In this document: in pieces, positions 19,386 through 28,879 of the stretch
Position numbering within the stretch: position 1 is the first letter of the stretch
Layout of the letters: the number at the start of each line of letters is the position of its first letter
DNA from: a virus
Taxonomy: Duplodnaviria > Caudoviricetes
IMG/VR virus record: IMGVR_UViG_3300032287_003123
Coordinates: 1,147 to 65,146 of that record
DNA: 64,000 nt
Strand: one strand, 5' to 3'
Translations under genes and position numbers: made by a program
The notes under the pieces: model-generated
What the model was told of the DNA's origin: nothing
What the model saw: the letters and a program-made list of their open reading frames with translations, nothing else
The model's database searches: none

Positions 19386-20087
19386 TTATCCAAACTCATA
19401 CATTCCTATGTGTTTTGCTACTGCGTATGGAGCCAAGTAAACTTTGCCCCCAGTTTTTATCCAGGACTTACAAAAATAATAATCTTCTGATAAAAGAGTG
19501 TTTGTTTCTTCATCAATTTCTAAACTAAAAAAGTTTTTTGTAGTTTTATCTTCACTGTTTTTAAACATTAAAGAATTATTTGTATAAGTTTCTGCATCTA
19601 TTATATCAAATACTTCTCTCTTTATCAGCATGTATCCCGTTCCAATTCCAGAAACTTCCTGTACTTCATTGTTGTCAAAAAAATCATTGTTATTTTTTTG
19701 TGTAAAGACATAATTAAATCCATTTTTATGAAAATTAGAGTCTCCATTAAGCACGGAAGACCTAATCTTAATCCAATCAATCTTTTTTAAAGGATATAAA
19801 CCACCAATAATATCTCTATCTTCTTTTACTAATCTTATAACGTCTTTTGCATTAAAATAAATATCTGCATCAATAAAAAGTAAATGAGTTGAATCTGATT
19901 CTAAAAATAATTTTGTAAGGTCATTTCTTGCACGATTAATTAGTGATTCATTATATATAAAAGCAGTTGAAAGACCCCATCCTTCTTTTTCAATCTCTTG
20001 CTTTAGTGCTAATATTGCTTTTGTGTATTCTCCACTGCACATGCCTCCATACATGGGGGTTGCTAAGAATATGCTTGGTGTTTTCAC
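19386..20087 (-). CDS. GT-A-like glycosyltransferase family protein
   Basis: ATPMYGG, ESLINRARN, FIDADI, GTGYMLI, LSEDYYFC. Confidence 0.72.
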   Translation of the reverse strand: MKTPSIFLATPMYGGMCSGEYTKAILALKQEIEKEGWGLSTAFIYNESLINRARNDLTKLFLESDSTHLLFIDADIYFNAKDVIRLVKEDRDIIGGLYPLKKIDWIKIRSSVLNGDSNFHKNGFNYVFTQKNNNDFFDNNEVQEVSGIGTGYMLIKREVFDIIDAETYTNNSLMFKNSEDKTTKNFFSLEIDEETNTLLSEDYYFCKSWIKTGGKVYLAPYAVAKHIGMYEFG

Positions 20088-20237
20088 TTGTGTCCTTTCA
20101 TATGTCTTACAAGTGTATCACTAGCCATCCTTGATCTTGACTCAATTTCTTTTTTGCATACTGGACATATAACTATTTTAGCCATAACTACTCCCACTCT
20201 ACGTTGTTGATACTAAGCCAATCAAGATAGTTAATGA

Positions 20238-20624
20238 TCATATTCCGTTTTCTTCCATATACTTTAATCTTTCTTCATATTTTTTCCAGTACGGAATATT
20301 ATTTTCATCATAATCTGATCCAAGCATTTTTACAACTGGATCATTTTTTAACTTTTCTATGTAATATGTATCTAATTCATAAACTGTTCCCCACTTATAG
20401 TATGGTTTGTAAAATAGTTCTGACATAAATGAATGGTATTTATTAGCAAAACCCCAATCGCCTGCCTCATCTAAACGTATAGCCTTAACTAAATGGTAGT
20501 GACCAAAAATTTCACAAGAGTTAGCAAACCATCTAAGCGGAAGTATCTTCGTCCTGTGTTGCTTGGTAAACTTCTCTAGGAACCCATCGTACTCTTCCAT
20601 CTTTATACTCTCTTTCATATCCAA
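20238..20624 (-). CDS. hypothetical protein
   Basis: ORF track. Confidence 0.5.
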   Translation of the reverse strand: MDMKESIKMEEYDGFLEKFTKQHRTKILPLRWFANSCEIFGHYHLVKAIRLDEAGDWGFANKYHSFMSELFYKPYYKWGTVYELDTYYIEKLKNDPVVKMLGSDYDENNIPYWKKYEERLKYMEENGI

Positions 20625-21339
20625 GTGACTTCCAGTCCATTCTCATAATCTTAGGATCTTTTGGCATTTACACACCATATATTTCCATCTTGCATTGTTT
20701 GATGTGCTTCCCAAAAGTATTCGGATTCTTTTGACATATAACACTTATCGCAAATATTTTTATTTTCCATTTTATTACTCAAATGATTCTTGTGTTTTAT
20801 AAAAATCATCACTGCCAAACATAATATCTATCATTTTGTTTTCAACTTTATCTAAACATTTAGGGCATTTTTTAGTAGGTCTTGGAGTATCGTAATCAAC
20901 CTCAAAGGCATAGCCACAATCAAAACATAATACCTCTGGCATTATAGATCCTCCATAATATAATCAAACACTTTTTCCACTACTCTGTCAATTTGTTCGG
21001 GGTACTTATACTCCAACTGACACACCCTACAATCACACATATATCCAGTATACCAAATAGGGCATAAAAGTCAAGCCGAAAATAGGTTTTTAAGTTCGGC
21101 GACGTATAGAGGTTTTAAACCTTACTAAGCCCTATAAGGGCTATATCGGTTAATAGCCTGGTTTGCTGCCAATTCTGCATCTTCTTCTGTGTGGGTATAT
21201 CCAAATGTTATAACCTTAAACCCATTATATAAAGTCCATTTCCAAGGAATCGTGGGAAGAAAAAACTTATCCTGATTCTTAACAGGCTTACCATTAGATT
21301 TAACAGGAGGTTTATATTCCTCAATAACTATCTTAAGTG

Positions 21340-21813
21340 TCAAACCAATATCCCAACATGAGTAGGCCAATAGTATAAACACCTATCGCAACAAGGTTTG
21401 GCAACACTATTCCTATACTCTGCATAGTAAAGCGGATCTTTGCGATATAGGTTAGCCTTATGGCTATCAAGAACTCTCTTCAACTGTTCTTGGTTTTGCA
21501 TCCAAAAGGGAGTATTGTTACCCCAATCTGATGAGAATCTAATTTCTAAGTCTTTGAGGTTTGCAACATTCTTGTCGGTCTTGATGCCACGAAAGTTTGC
21601 TTCGTAAACCATATGGTCAATATAACTCTTTAGTTCATACTCACAGCCTTTCCACATAAGAACTGCTGGATGGTTTCGCCAAGCACCAGACTCAGATGCG
21701 CCAGATAGAATCTTAAGGATTTGATAGCCTTCTAGAATCTGCTTGTTAAGGCGCTTATTGTCTAGGGTTTGGGCAGTGTATTCGTAATCTGCTGAAGGTA
21801 GAAAGGTTTGCAT
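21340..21813 (-). CDS. pyrimidine-dimer DNA glycosylase/endonuclease V-like protein
   Basis: MQTFLP...LDNKRLNKQILE...WRNHPAVLMW...SHKANLYRKDP..Y. Confidence 0.8.
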   Translation of the reverse strand: MQTFLPSADYEYTAQTLDNKRLNKQILEGYQILKILSGASESGAWRNHPAVLMWKGCEYELKSYIDHMVYEANFRGIKTDKNVANLKDLEIRFSSDWGNNTPFWMQNQEQLKRVLDSHKANLYRKDPLYYAEYRNSVAKPCCDRCLYYWPTHVGILV

Positions 21814-21853
21814 ATATCTATTATCTCAAGGTTTGCAGATAAAGTCAAGTTTT

Positions 21854-22084
21854 TTATAAATGTATTTTATTGACAGGTTCTTTAGACCAATGTATATAAG
21901 ATTTAATATACACTGCTGCATAGGCAATTGCTGCAAAGATAAAGCCATATTGCTTAGTGGTTACAGCATAGATAATCCATAGGAACTCGTTGAACAATAA
22001 CAATAGCCATCCCCAGATGGTCTTACGACCAACAAAGAATATGCCTGTTACACCGATTGCTGCTAATATATATGACCACCACAT
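21854..22084 (-). CDS. small multi-pass membrane protein (PnuC-fragment-like)
   Basis: three hydrophobic segments, WGW motif. Confidence 0.55.
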   Translation of the reverse strand: MWWSYILAAIGVTGIFFVGRKTIWGWLLLLFNEFLWIIYAVTTKQYGFIFAAIAYAAVYIKSYIHWSKEPVNKIHL

Positions 22085-22090
22085 ATATCC

Positions 22091-22453
22091 ATGATACCAG
22101 GTTTTGGCGGGGAAGTCAAGTATAATGAATCCATGGCAATCCTATATCTAATATATAACCCTATATTTAAAGCCTTCAAGATAGGTGTAGGAGATTTGTC
22201 TGGAAGTAGATACTCAGAGCATAGGCGTAAGGGATGGGTTCTGGTCAAGTATTGGTATTTCTCAGATAGATCAAAAGCCTTCAAGGTGGAGAAGATGGTT
22301 TTACAAACCCTAAAGAAGAGGTTTATGTCTGGTTTTGTATCCAAAGAAAATATGCCACAGGGAGGGTTTAGCGAAACCTTTGATGCTTCTCAAACCTCAT
22401 CTACTAAGATTATTAGAACAATAAACAGGGCGATCAAAAATTCGGGGAACTAA
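22091..22453 (+). CDS. GIY-YIG-like (T5orf172-type) nuclease domain protein
   Basis: LYLI...FKIGV...R...A.KVE...GFSETF; inverted relative to neighbours. Confidence 0.6.
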   Translation: MIPGFGGEVKYNESMAILYLIYNPIFKAFKIGVGDLSGSRYSEHRRKGWVLVKYWYFSDRSKAFKVEKMVLQTLKKRFMSGFVSKENMPQGGFSETFDASQTSSTKIIRTINRAIKNSGN

Positions 22454-22975
22454 AAGGATGCTTCGTAATCCCTATAGTCATGAATCCATCTCTACAACAC
22501 CCTTAGTATCCAGACATAGTTTGCATATCTCAAAGAACATAGTTCCAGAAGAATCTATTCTATAGTCATAATCACATTCGTGTGGGGTTTTTCTCATATC
22601 GTTGAAACGCTTCCAAGGGTCTTGCATGAAGTCATCTATGTCCATGTATCCAGTATATCGTATGGACAAAGGTTTGATATACCCCCCAAATATAGTACCA
22701 AATGTCTGGTTTGATACTAGATATGGTGGTTTGATAGCAAATTAAATGTTACTGATATTTTTATGATTTATCCCAAAGTGGAGGAAAGTGGAGCATAGTG
22801 GGTTATTGAGCATTTCTAAGAAGGGCGTTCGTAATGTCTTGGGGGCCCCAAACCTCATATCCCCAAACCTTCCTAGCGGGATTATACTCCAAACCTTCCT
22901 ATTTGTCAAACCTTATATGCATGGTTTGGGCATTATATAACAAACCTTTATAGTTGTCAAGCCCATTTTATGCAT

Positions 22976-23066
22976 AAAAAAATCCTACAAAAATGCAGAA
23001 AAATGTAGGAAAATCCAGCAAAAAGGTTTGAAAGGTTTGGAAAATATCCAGAAAACCAGGAAAAAA
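22976..23066. other. helically phased A-tracts (intrinsically bent DNA)
   Basis: A3-A7 runs starting near 22976, 22989, 22999, 23010, 23020, 23031, 23041, 23052, 23061. Confidence 0.7.
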
Positions 23067-23122
23067 GGTTTGTTATTCTAATGGGGTTTATTACTATAGG
23101 GATTGGGATCTATTCTAAAAGT

Positions 23123-23250
23123 CCCGTGATTTTTTCTGAAGGGTTCGTAAAGGGTTATTGACAGAAATGGTTTGATGTGGTATGATCCCCGTGAATTTTT
23201 GCGAGGGGTTCGTAAAGTCCCGTGATTTTTTTTAGAGGGTTCGTAAAGGG
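23123..23250. repeat. three ~30-bp direct repeats CCCGTGAWTTTTT-N5-6-GGGTTCGTAAAG
   Basis: copies at about 23123, 23188 and 23219. Confidence 0.8.
23158..23186 (+). promoter_or_regulatory. consensus sigma-A promoter with no downstream ORF
   Basis: TTGACA-17-TATGAT with TG extended -10. Confidence 0.65.
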
Positions 23251-23297
23251 CGTTTTAAGAATTTTCGACAATTGAAAAAAACGGAAAGCAGCCTAGT

Positions 23298-23546
23298 CTA
23301 TGCTAGTGCTGCTAACCATTTGTCCATAGTTTTTGTATCTGGATCTATGTCTAATAGGATATTGAGTGCTTCCCAAGCGGTATTGATGATAGCCTTACCA
23401 TGAGAGGTAGCCTTAGCCTCACCCTTCAATATAAAACCACATAACTCACATTCGTTTTGGAAGTCTTTGAAGAACTCTTCAGGTACAAAATCTACTGCAC
23501 CATGATATAGAGAACTCATTATCTTTACTTTATTATTGAAGTCCAT
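23298..23546 (-). CDS. hypothetical early-region protein
   Basis: ORF track. Confidence 0.55.
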   Translation of the reverse strand: MDFNNKVKIMSSLYHGAVDFVPEEFFKDFQNECELCGFILKGEAKATSHGKAIINTAWEALNILLDIDPDTKTMDKWLAALA

Positions 23547-23766
23547 CTCTCCACCTCTGCCTCATTACATTTGGGTCAAGCACTGCTTCTCTTTCATATT
23601 GCATTGCCTCTAGTATAGCCTCTAGTCGTGTGTAAGTCAATTGTGGCAGTACCCTCGCCAACATGACTCCAGTAGTTTCAAGGTCAAGGTTTAGGTCTTC
23701 TACAATAGTTTTAATTCTCATTGCTACCCGTTCTTCGGGTGATGTCCCAGTCCGTAGTCTTCTCAT
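23533..23766 (-). CDS. hypothetical early-region protein
   Basis: ORF with RBS AAGGGAG. Confidence 0.6.
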   Translation of the reverse strand: MRRLRTGTSPEERVAMRIKTIVEDLNLDLETTGVMLARVLPQLTYTRLEAILEAMQYEREAVLDPNVMRQRWRDGLQ

Positions 23767-23858
23767 GAATCTCCCTTATCTATTGTACCAAAAAGTAGAG
23801 AGGGGGGCAAGTCCCACCACAAGCCTGCCCCCCATCTCATTATATGGACAGGGTGACC

Positions 23859-24221
23859 CTACCCTATCACTTGCTCAGTCAAGACTCGTGGGGCATATGC
23901 ATTAATGAATGCCTCCCAATCTACCGACACATTATCAATAACAGTCTTAGTAGTGAAGTCAACAATCACTGTTTGCTCACCTAGGTCAAAGTTATCTCCG
24001 TGGACCGCATAGATACCAAACCCTGTTTCATCAAGGATGTTATGTTGAATAAGATAACTGATCACCATACGTGTGCCATACGATGAGTCATCCCAGCGTC
24101 TACGTGCATGCTGCAGCGCCTCTGCAATGTCAGGCTGCCATGAATCCTGGCCCCAGTGTGAGTAGAGTACTACAGATGAATCGGTACCGTCTTTAAATAC
24201 AAAGTTAATCCGTGCTCCCAT
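23859..24221 (-). CDS. conserved phage hypothetical protein
   Basis: MGAR...LYSHWG motif. Confidence 0.65.
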   Translation of the reverse strand: MGARINFVFKDGTDSSVVLYSHWGQDSWQPDIAEALQHARRRWDDSSYGTRMVISYLIQHNILDETGFGIYAVHGDNFDLGEQTVIVDFTTKTVIDNVSVDWEAFINAYAPRVLTEQVIG

Positions 24222-24559
24222 TATTCCTGCTCCCCTAGTTCTCCGTCAAAGTCAATTACTACCATTGTGACACGTCCATCATCGTTTGTCTTTACATAAA
24301 CAGGATAAAGGCCGTCGCCGTATCCAGTAGAGAACACTACAGCGGAACCGTTGCCAATTACACCGTATGCCTCGTTAATAGTCTGATTACATGCTCCTAG
24401 ATAAGAATATTCGCCTATGTGATTTTCAGGTAGGAATTCATCCTCTGAGTTAGTATCCCATTGGTCTAGGTAGCAAGGGTCCCCAACCATAGCCTGTCCG
24501 CTGTCAACAGCAAAGGACCCCGCATAGGTTAAGTCTTTCATTAGTGTAGTGGTATTCAT
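24221..24559 (-). CDS. DUF4241-like protein
   Basis: VDSGQAMVGDPCY...STGYGDGLYPV. Confidence 0.7.
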   Translation of the reverse strand: MNTTTLMKDLTYAGSFAVDSGQAMVGDPCYLDQWDTNSEDEFLPENHIGEYSYLGACNQTINEAYGVIGNGSAVVFSTGYGDGLYPVYVKTNDDGRVTMVVIDFDGELGEQE

Positions 24560-25014
24560 TTTGTCTCCTCTAGTTCTTTCATTTCTTCAATGGTAGCACA
24601 GTTAGGGCATTTTTCCAAATCAATGCTATCAAATTTATCTCTAATTAAATTATCAGGGTCTTCAAACTCTGCGTCACAGTTGCCACAGTAAAACCATGGG
24701 TCTGATATCTTTACCTGAATAGTGGTATTTTCGGGGAATGGAATCTCAGTAATAAAATAACCAATCCTATTAACAAAGCCCCATCCAGACCATAGATAAG
24801 ACCCACCGTCATCACCATCTCCATACATCCAAATATGGTTTGGCGGGGTAGACTTAACAAACTCTACCTCATCCCCATAGGTCTCAAACATATGACCGTC
24901 AAAGGAAGCATTTACATCTATATGGTTTTTGATTGGTTTGTAGGTTTCAAACCATTCATCTTCTGTCATCTCAATAAAGTTATCCATTAGCCTTGGCCCT
25001 ATCTGATATAGCAA
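24556..25014 (-). CDS. hypothetical protein with C-terminal zinc ribbon
   Basis: VNRIGYFIT; CGNC...CPNC. Confidence 0.6.
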   Translation of the reverse strand: MLYQIGPRLMDNFIEMTEDEWFETYKPIKNHIDVNASFDGHMFETYGDEVEFVKSTPPNHIWMYGDGDDGGSYLWSGWGFVNRIGYFITEIPFPENTTIQVKISDPWFYCGNCDAEFEDPDNLIRDKFDSIDLEKCPNCATIEEMKELEETK

Positions 25015-25261
25015 ATGCTAGTTGATATGTAAGAGCATATACACTAGACAAAGCGTCAATGTATCCTGAATTATATAGTCGCTCAACGGTGTCTTCATAC
25101 TCCTCATCAGAACCAAGTTCATCAGAGTTCTCCAGCAGAGGCACGAGTATCTTCTCACACTCATACATCATATTCTTAAGTTCGCCATGGAGGATATCAG
25201 TTCCTGATTCCCCTAGGTCTACGAGTTTTTGCAGTCTTGGGTCTAGTTGTGTTGTTTCCAT
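24980..25261 (-). CDS. hypothetical protein, likely leaderless
   Basis: ATG 6 nt downstream of the -10 of a TGTCAG-N10 promoter. Confidence 0.6.
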   Translation of the reverse strand: METTQLDPRLQKLVDLGESGTDILHGELKNMMYECEKILVPLLENSDELGSDEEYEDTVERLYNSGYIDALSSVYALTYQLAFAISDRAKANG

Positions 25262-25414
25262 TATGCAATCATATCCTCTGCCACTGACAAAAGGTGGCGG
25301 GTATTATAAATCTCAGCCTCTTTAACCCTATAGAAATGATGGTCATTTACATAATCAATCTTCTCTAGGTCTTGCATTAAACTAATCTCATGTATCTTCA
25401 TATACTCAATGAAA

Positions 25415-25600
25415 CTATTCATCTGATTCATCTTCATCCTCTTCTTCAGGCTCTTCTTGCTCATCTACCTCAATAGAATAAACTTCAGCGCTATAAGAGT
25501 GCTCTTCGTAGTTCCAGCCTTCTTGTTCTGCTGCGGCTTCATCTTCTGCCTCAACTTCCATGAAGTACTCAACAATTACTTTAACATCATAAATGGGCAT
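25415..25600 (-). CDS. small acidic hypothetical protein
   Basis: EVEAEDEAAAE motif; RBS AAGGAG. Confidence 0.6.
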   Translation of the reverse strand: MPIYDVKVIVEYFMEVEAEDEAAAEQEGWNYEEHSYSAEVYSIEVDEQEEPEEEDEDESDE

Positions 25601-25631
25601 TTTTTTGACTCCTTCTTAATGGTTTGATATA

Positions 25632-25862
25632 TTAATTATAGGGGTTTGAGTCTATCTTTACAACCTGTGTGGGTGTGATGTTAGTCACATCTGTGATGAT
25701 AGGGGCATAGGCCTCTTCGTAACTAATATAGTTTAACATTCTGCCACAGGGACATTGCATCTGTACTACGCCCAGGGGAAAGTCATAGCCATCCCTGGCG
25801 GTAAACTCAATAAGAGCATCACACTCATCGGGATCGCATACAAATGTATATTTACTCCACAT
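25632..25862 (-). CDS. small Cys-containing hypothetical protein
   Basis: CDPDEC...CPCG. Confidence 0.55.
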   Translation of the reverse strand: MWSKYTFVCDPDECDALIEFTARDGYDFPLGVVQMQCPCGRMLNYISYEEAYAPIITDVTNITPTQVVKIDSNPYN

Positions 25863-26177
25863 TAGTCAAAGTACCCTTCTGCCCATAGGCCTTGCAAGAA
25901 GTCAGAGGCTTGTGTAAGGTTTCTATGTAGCCAAGGATCATCGTCAGAATTCACGGTAGTTAATGCAGAATCAATGGCAAGAACCATATTATCTAAATCA
26001 TCTCTCTCATATCCTAGCATTACTCACCCCAATACTTTAGAATGGTTTCAAGGGTATTACAGATATGACAGTCACAAGGGTCTCCCCCCATGTTGTCCAT
26101 AAAATCTATATGAGAGAAGTTATCTTCATAGATAGCCTCTACTAATTCAGAGATGGTTTGAGGTTTGAAGGTTTGGG

Positions 26178-26465
26178 TCATGCTATTTCCTTTTCATAGG
26201 CAGGTAGGCTTACTACCGTCAATTCTAGCATTTCATCAGGATATCTGTCAACTACCCAGTTCAAGGCTTCCCCAGCAGTTTTGAAATCAGTAGCAGTACT
26301 ACTAGTTCCATAACCGTTAATGGTGGCTTCCCAGCAATCAGTCCCACCTGGTGAGACAGAATAGTTCATTTCATATATTGCTACTTGTTTGGTCATATTA
26401 ATATTATAGTGGTTTGGACTGACATCTGCAAGTCCCGTGAATTTTTTACTAAAGACCTTAATCAT
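26178..26465 (-). CDS. hypothetical protein (true start probably MTKQ, leaderless)
   Basis: promoter 26403-26431 lies inside the annotated 5' part. Confidence 0.55.
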   Translation of the reverse strand: MIKVFSKKFTGLADVSPNHYNINMTKQVAIYEMNYSVSPGGTDCWEATINGYGTSSTATDFKTAGEALNWVVDRYPDEMLELTVVSLPAYEKEIA

Positions 26466-26537
26466 AAATAGTCCTCAGAAATATCATGATTTTTTCGACC
26501 CGCATTTTTATGCATTGCATTGCATTTTTATTTATTG

Positions 26538-26611
26538 CGATCCGTACGGGACTTGAACCCGTGACCTCTACCGTGACAGGGTAGCGAACTAACCAACTAT
26601 TCTAACGGACC
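26538..26611 (-). tRNA. tRNA-Asp(GUC)
   Basis: CTACC-CTGTCAC-GGTAG anticodon arm; GGTTCAAGTCC T-arm. Confidence 0.92.
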
Positions 26612-26616
26612 AAATG

Positions 26617-26647
26617 GTGAGCAGTTTTAATTCATGCTCAGGAAATT
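26617..26647 (-). ncRNA. H-type pseudoknot element between DUF932 stop and tRNA-Asp
   Basis: AATTTC-CTGAGCAT-GAATT-AAAAC-TGCTCAC. Confidence 0.6.
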
Positions 26648-26650
26648 GTA

Positions 26651-27667
26651 TCATGCTAGTTGCATAACATTCTGCACAACTTTTAGCAGACGATTTTTTT
26701 CTGCGTTGATAGCAGGGTCAAATCCACTTGCACTTGCAAGGATAGATTCGTTATTGCCACCACGAGCAGAACGGTACCAGTCTAGGCGCTCAGTAAGTGC
26801 ATTGAAAGCGCCCCATGCAGAGCCAGCAATCATGCCGTTAAATTCGCCAGTGTAAATATCGTTGATAATATCAACTTTATTTTCCCACTTCTTGACCGCA
26901 CCCTTAGCGTCCTTCTCAGGCTTAGGATAAGCAGCAAGAATGATGTCGTTGAATTGCTTAGCAGAAACTTCTTTCTCAATCATAGCCTTAGCCATAATAT
27001 CAAATTCGTCCATGTAAGTATTAGCAAGACCAAGAGTCTCACGAGCAATCTGCACTTTACCATTGGCAGTCTGCGTGTGGCGAATCTTGAATGATTGCTT
27101 GACACCATTCTTCTTCTTGCGTGAGCCTAGTGCAAGATTAAGAGTGTTAGCGCACACTACACGAACGGGTGTAATGCTTGCTTGAATAGCGATTGAGCCA
27201 TCGTGTGATGTGTTGATGAGCAAATAAGTCTTTACCTTATCTGCAACACCGCTAGGGTCTAGGATTGTTTCACGCTCTAATGCAAGAGAGCCGAATACAA
27301 CACGACCACCCTTGATTGCGCCTGCGGTTTCCCAACGACCACCGCCGTCTAGGATATTATCACCGAATGAGAATAAATCTTCATTCTGCAATACATGATA
27401 GCGCTCACCAACGACACCAAGAATATCAGTCTGGGTGTTATCGGTAGGATTTGTACGCAAAACATATTGGTATGCCTTGTCGCTAGTTAGATGTGATGGG
27501 GTTTCCAAATCCTCTAAGCGAACATTCCAACCGTTTAGATTTGCTGCTTCCAACATTTCTGCGGTTGTTTTTTCCTCAGTGAATACGGTACCCAATCCAT
27601 GCCATGCTGGTTCACGGAAAGATGCAAAAGATGTCTTACCGTTTTGTGTTTCTAGGTCATGTGCCAT
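26651..27667 (-). CDS. DUF932 / TIGR03299 phage-plasmid protein
   Basis: MAH...PAWHGLG, LGVVGERY..LQN, WETAG, NTSHDGS, RVVCANTL. Confidence 0.88.
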   Translation of the reverse strand: MAHDLETQNGKTSFASFREPAWHGLGTVFTEEKTTAEMLEAANLNGWNVRLEDLETPSHLTSDKAYQYVLRTNPTDNTQTDILGVVGERYHVLQNEDLFSFGDNILDGGGRWETAGAIKGGRVVFGSLALERETILDPSGVADKVKTYLLINTSHDGSIAIQASITPVRVVCANTLNLALGSRKKKNGVKQSFKIRHTQTANGKVQIARETLGLANTYMDEFDIMAKAMIEKEVSAKQFNDIILAAYPKPEKDAKGAVKKWENKVDIINDIYTGEFNGMIAGSAWGAFNALTERLDWYRSARGGNNESILASASGFDPAINAEKNRLLKVVQNVMQLA

Positions 27668-27697
27668 GAGTGTTTCTCCTTTTTGTTTGTTTATACA

Positions 27698-27726
27698 ATC
27701 ATAACATGACCCACCGACAAATGCAA
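27698..27726 (-). promoter_or_regulatory. promoter TTGCAT-T-TGTCGG-N10-TATGAT (perfect PafBC/RecA-NDp match)
   Basis: directly upstream of the DUF932 gene. Confidence 0.75.
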
Positions 27727-27829
27727 ATCAGGATAGTTAAATAGGGGTAAATCGGACATTTTGGGGGTGTGATCAATATCACGTAATCGTAACTTGACAA
27801 TGACTGGTCATTCGGGTCGAAAAATTTAT

Positions 27830-27993
27830 TAAGCCTTTTTCCATCATGCTTAGGATGTATGGGTTCTTACACCTGCCCAATAAGGTGGCTCTATAGTATT
27901 TCTATTATCGCCCTAATCAGCCTGGCGAAAAGTGAGCAGTTTACGTGGCCGTGCTCAGGGCCCTTACCTAGTTTATAGACATTCGGCATGTCT
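27830..27993 (-). ncRNA. tandem array of five small H-type pseudoknots
   Basis: five consecutive stem-loop + A-rich linker + loop-complement units (see findings). Confidence 0.6.
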
Positions 27994-28013
27994 TTTCATA
28001 GCCCCCTATGAAA

Positions 28014-28433
28014 TTAGTAGTCAACCTCGTCATAGTTAGTATCTACAACGTTTGAATCTTCATTCATGAGTTCAACGTGATATGAATTTACATTGAATTC
28101 AATTGTTGACAATATGTCATCAATGTCTTCACCTGATTCAACACATATGGTAAATGTATGGTCTACGGTCATAGTAACGTCATAGTTTTGTGATAACGTG
28201 AAGTCGCCAATCTTTGCAAGCGCTTGGGCCTGCTCCATGGAGATATTCTCTTCATTAAGTTCACTGCGGGTCCAGTCCTTTAGATCTTCCTTAAGTCTAT
28301 TAAGTGCTGCTGCAGTGTTCATGTCCCGCTGTGCAAGACGTGCATGTGATTCTTCTAGTTGAGTAATACGCAATGTGGCCTTGGCCAATTCATCACGTAG
28401 AAATGTCTCTGTTGCGTAGTTTACTGTATCCAT
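28014..28433 (-). CDS. hypothetical coiled-coil protein
   Basis: ORF track. Confidence 0.6.
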   Translation of the reverse strand: MDTVNYATETFLRDELAKATLRITQLEESHARLAQRDMNTAAALNRLKEDLKDWTRSELNEENISMEQAQALAKIGDFTLSQNYDVTMTVDHTFTICVESGEDIDDILSTIEFNVNSYHVELMNEDSNVVDTNYDEVDY

Positions 28434-28438
28434 AGGGG

Positions 28439-28702
28439 TTATTCCATTTCTTTCTCTAGTTGTTCAAATTCTTTGATGGTATTAATCATCTCATCCATTT
28501 GGTCTTTTGTCAAGCACACATTTGATACTAGTGTGGCAGTAAGTGAGGCAAGGTGAGCAGAATAACTCCAAATTGCCTCAATGAATTCTTGTTCTGTCAT
28601 TGATTCACGATGTTCGCTAATCTTTTTTGCCATTAGCATTGTGCTGAAGTCTGTAACTGCGTCGCCAGTTGCTTCTTGAATTTGTATTGCGGTGGATAGC
28701 AT
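28439..28702 (-). CDS. hypothetical protein
   Basis: downstream of promoter 28732-28760. Confidence 0.6.
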   Translation of the reverse strand: MLSTAIQIQEATGDAVTDFSTMLMAKKISEHRESMTEQEFIEAIWSYSAHLASLTATLVSNVCLTKDQMDEMINTIKEFEQLEKEME

Positions 28703-28847
28703 GAGGGCCTCTTTCTTTTTGGTTTAATATAAGTATATATCTCAGGACTGACAAATGCAATTTAAAACCCCGTGAATCTTAAATAGTGAGACGTAAACCA
28801 TGTGAGAAAGATCACACGGGTCGAAAAATTTTTGCGGGGAATTTATA

Positions 28848-28875
28848 GAGCAGTTTTACATCATGCTCAGGATGT
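28848..28875 (-). ncRNA. H-type pseudoknot element
   Basis: ACATC-CTGAGCAT-GATGT-AAAAC-TGCTC just after stop of ORF 28880. Confidence 0.65.
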
Positions 28876-28879
28876 TTAA

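Noticed and set aside
23123-23250. CRISPR mini-array
   Set aside because: Only three degenerate repeats, spacers of very unequal length (two copies nearly abut), no cas genes
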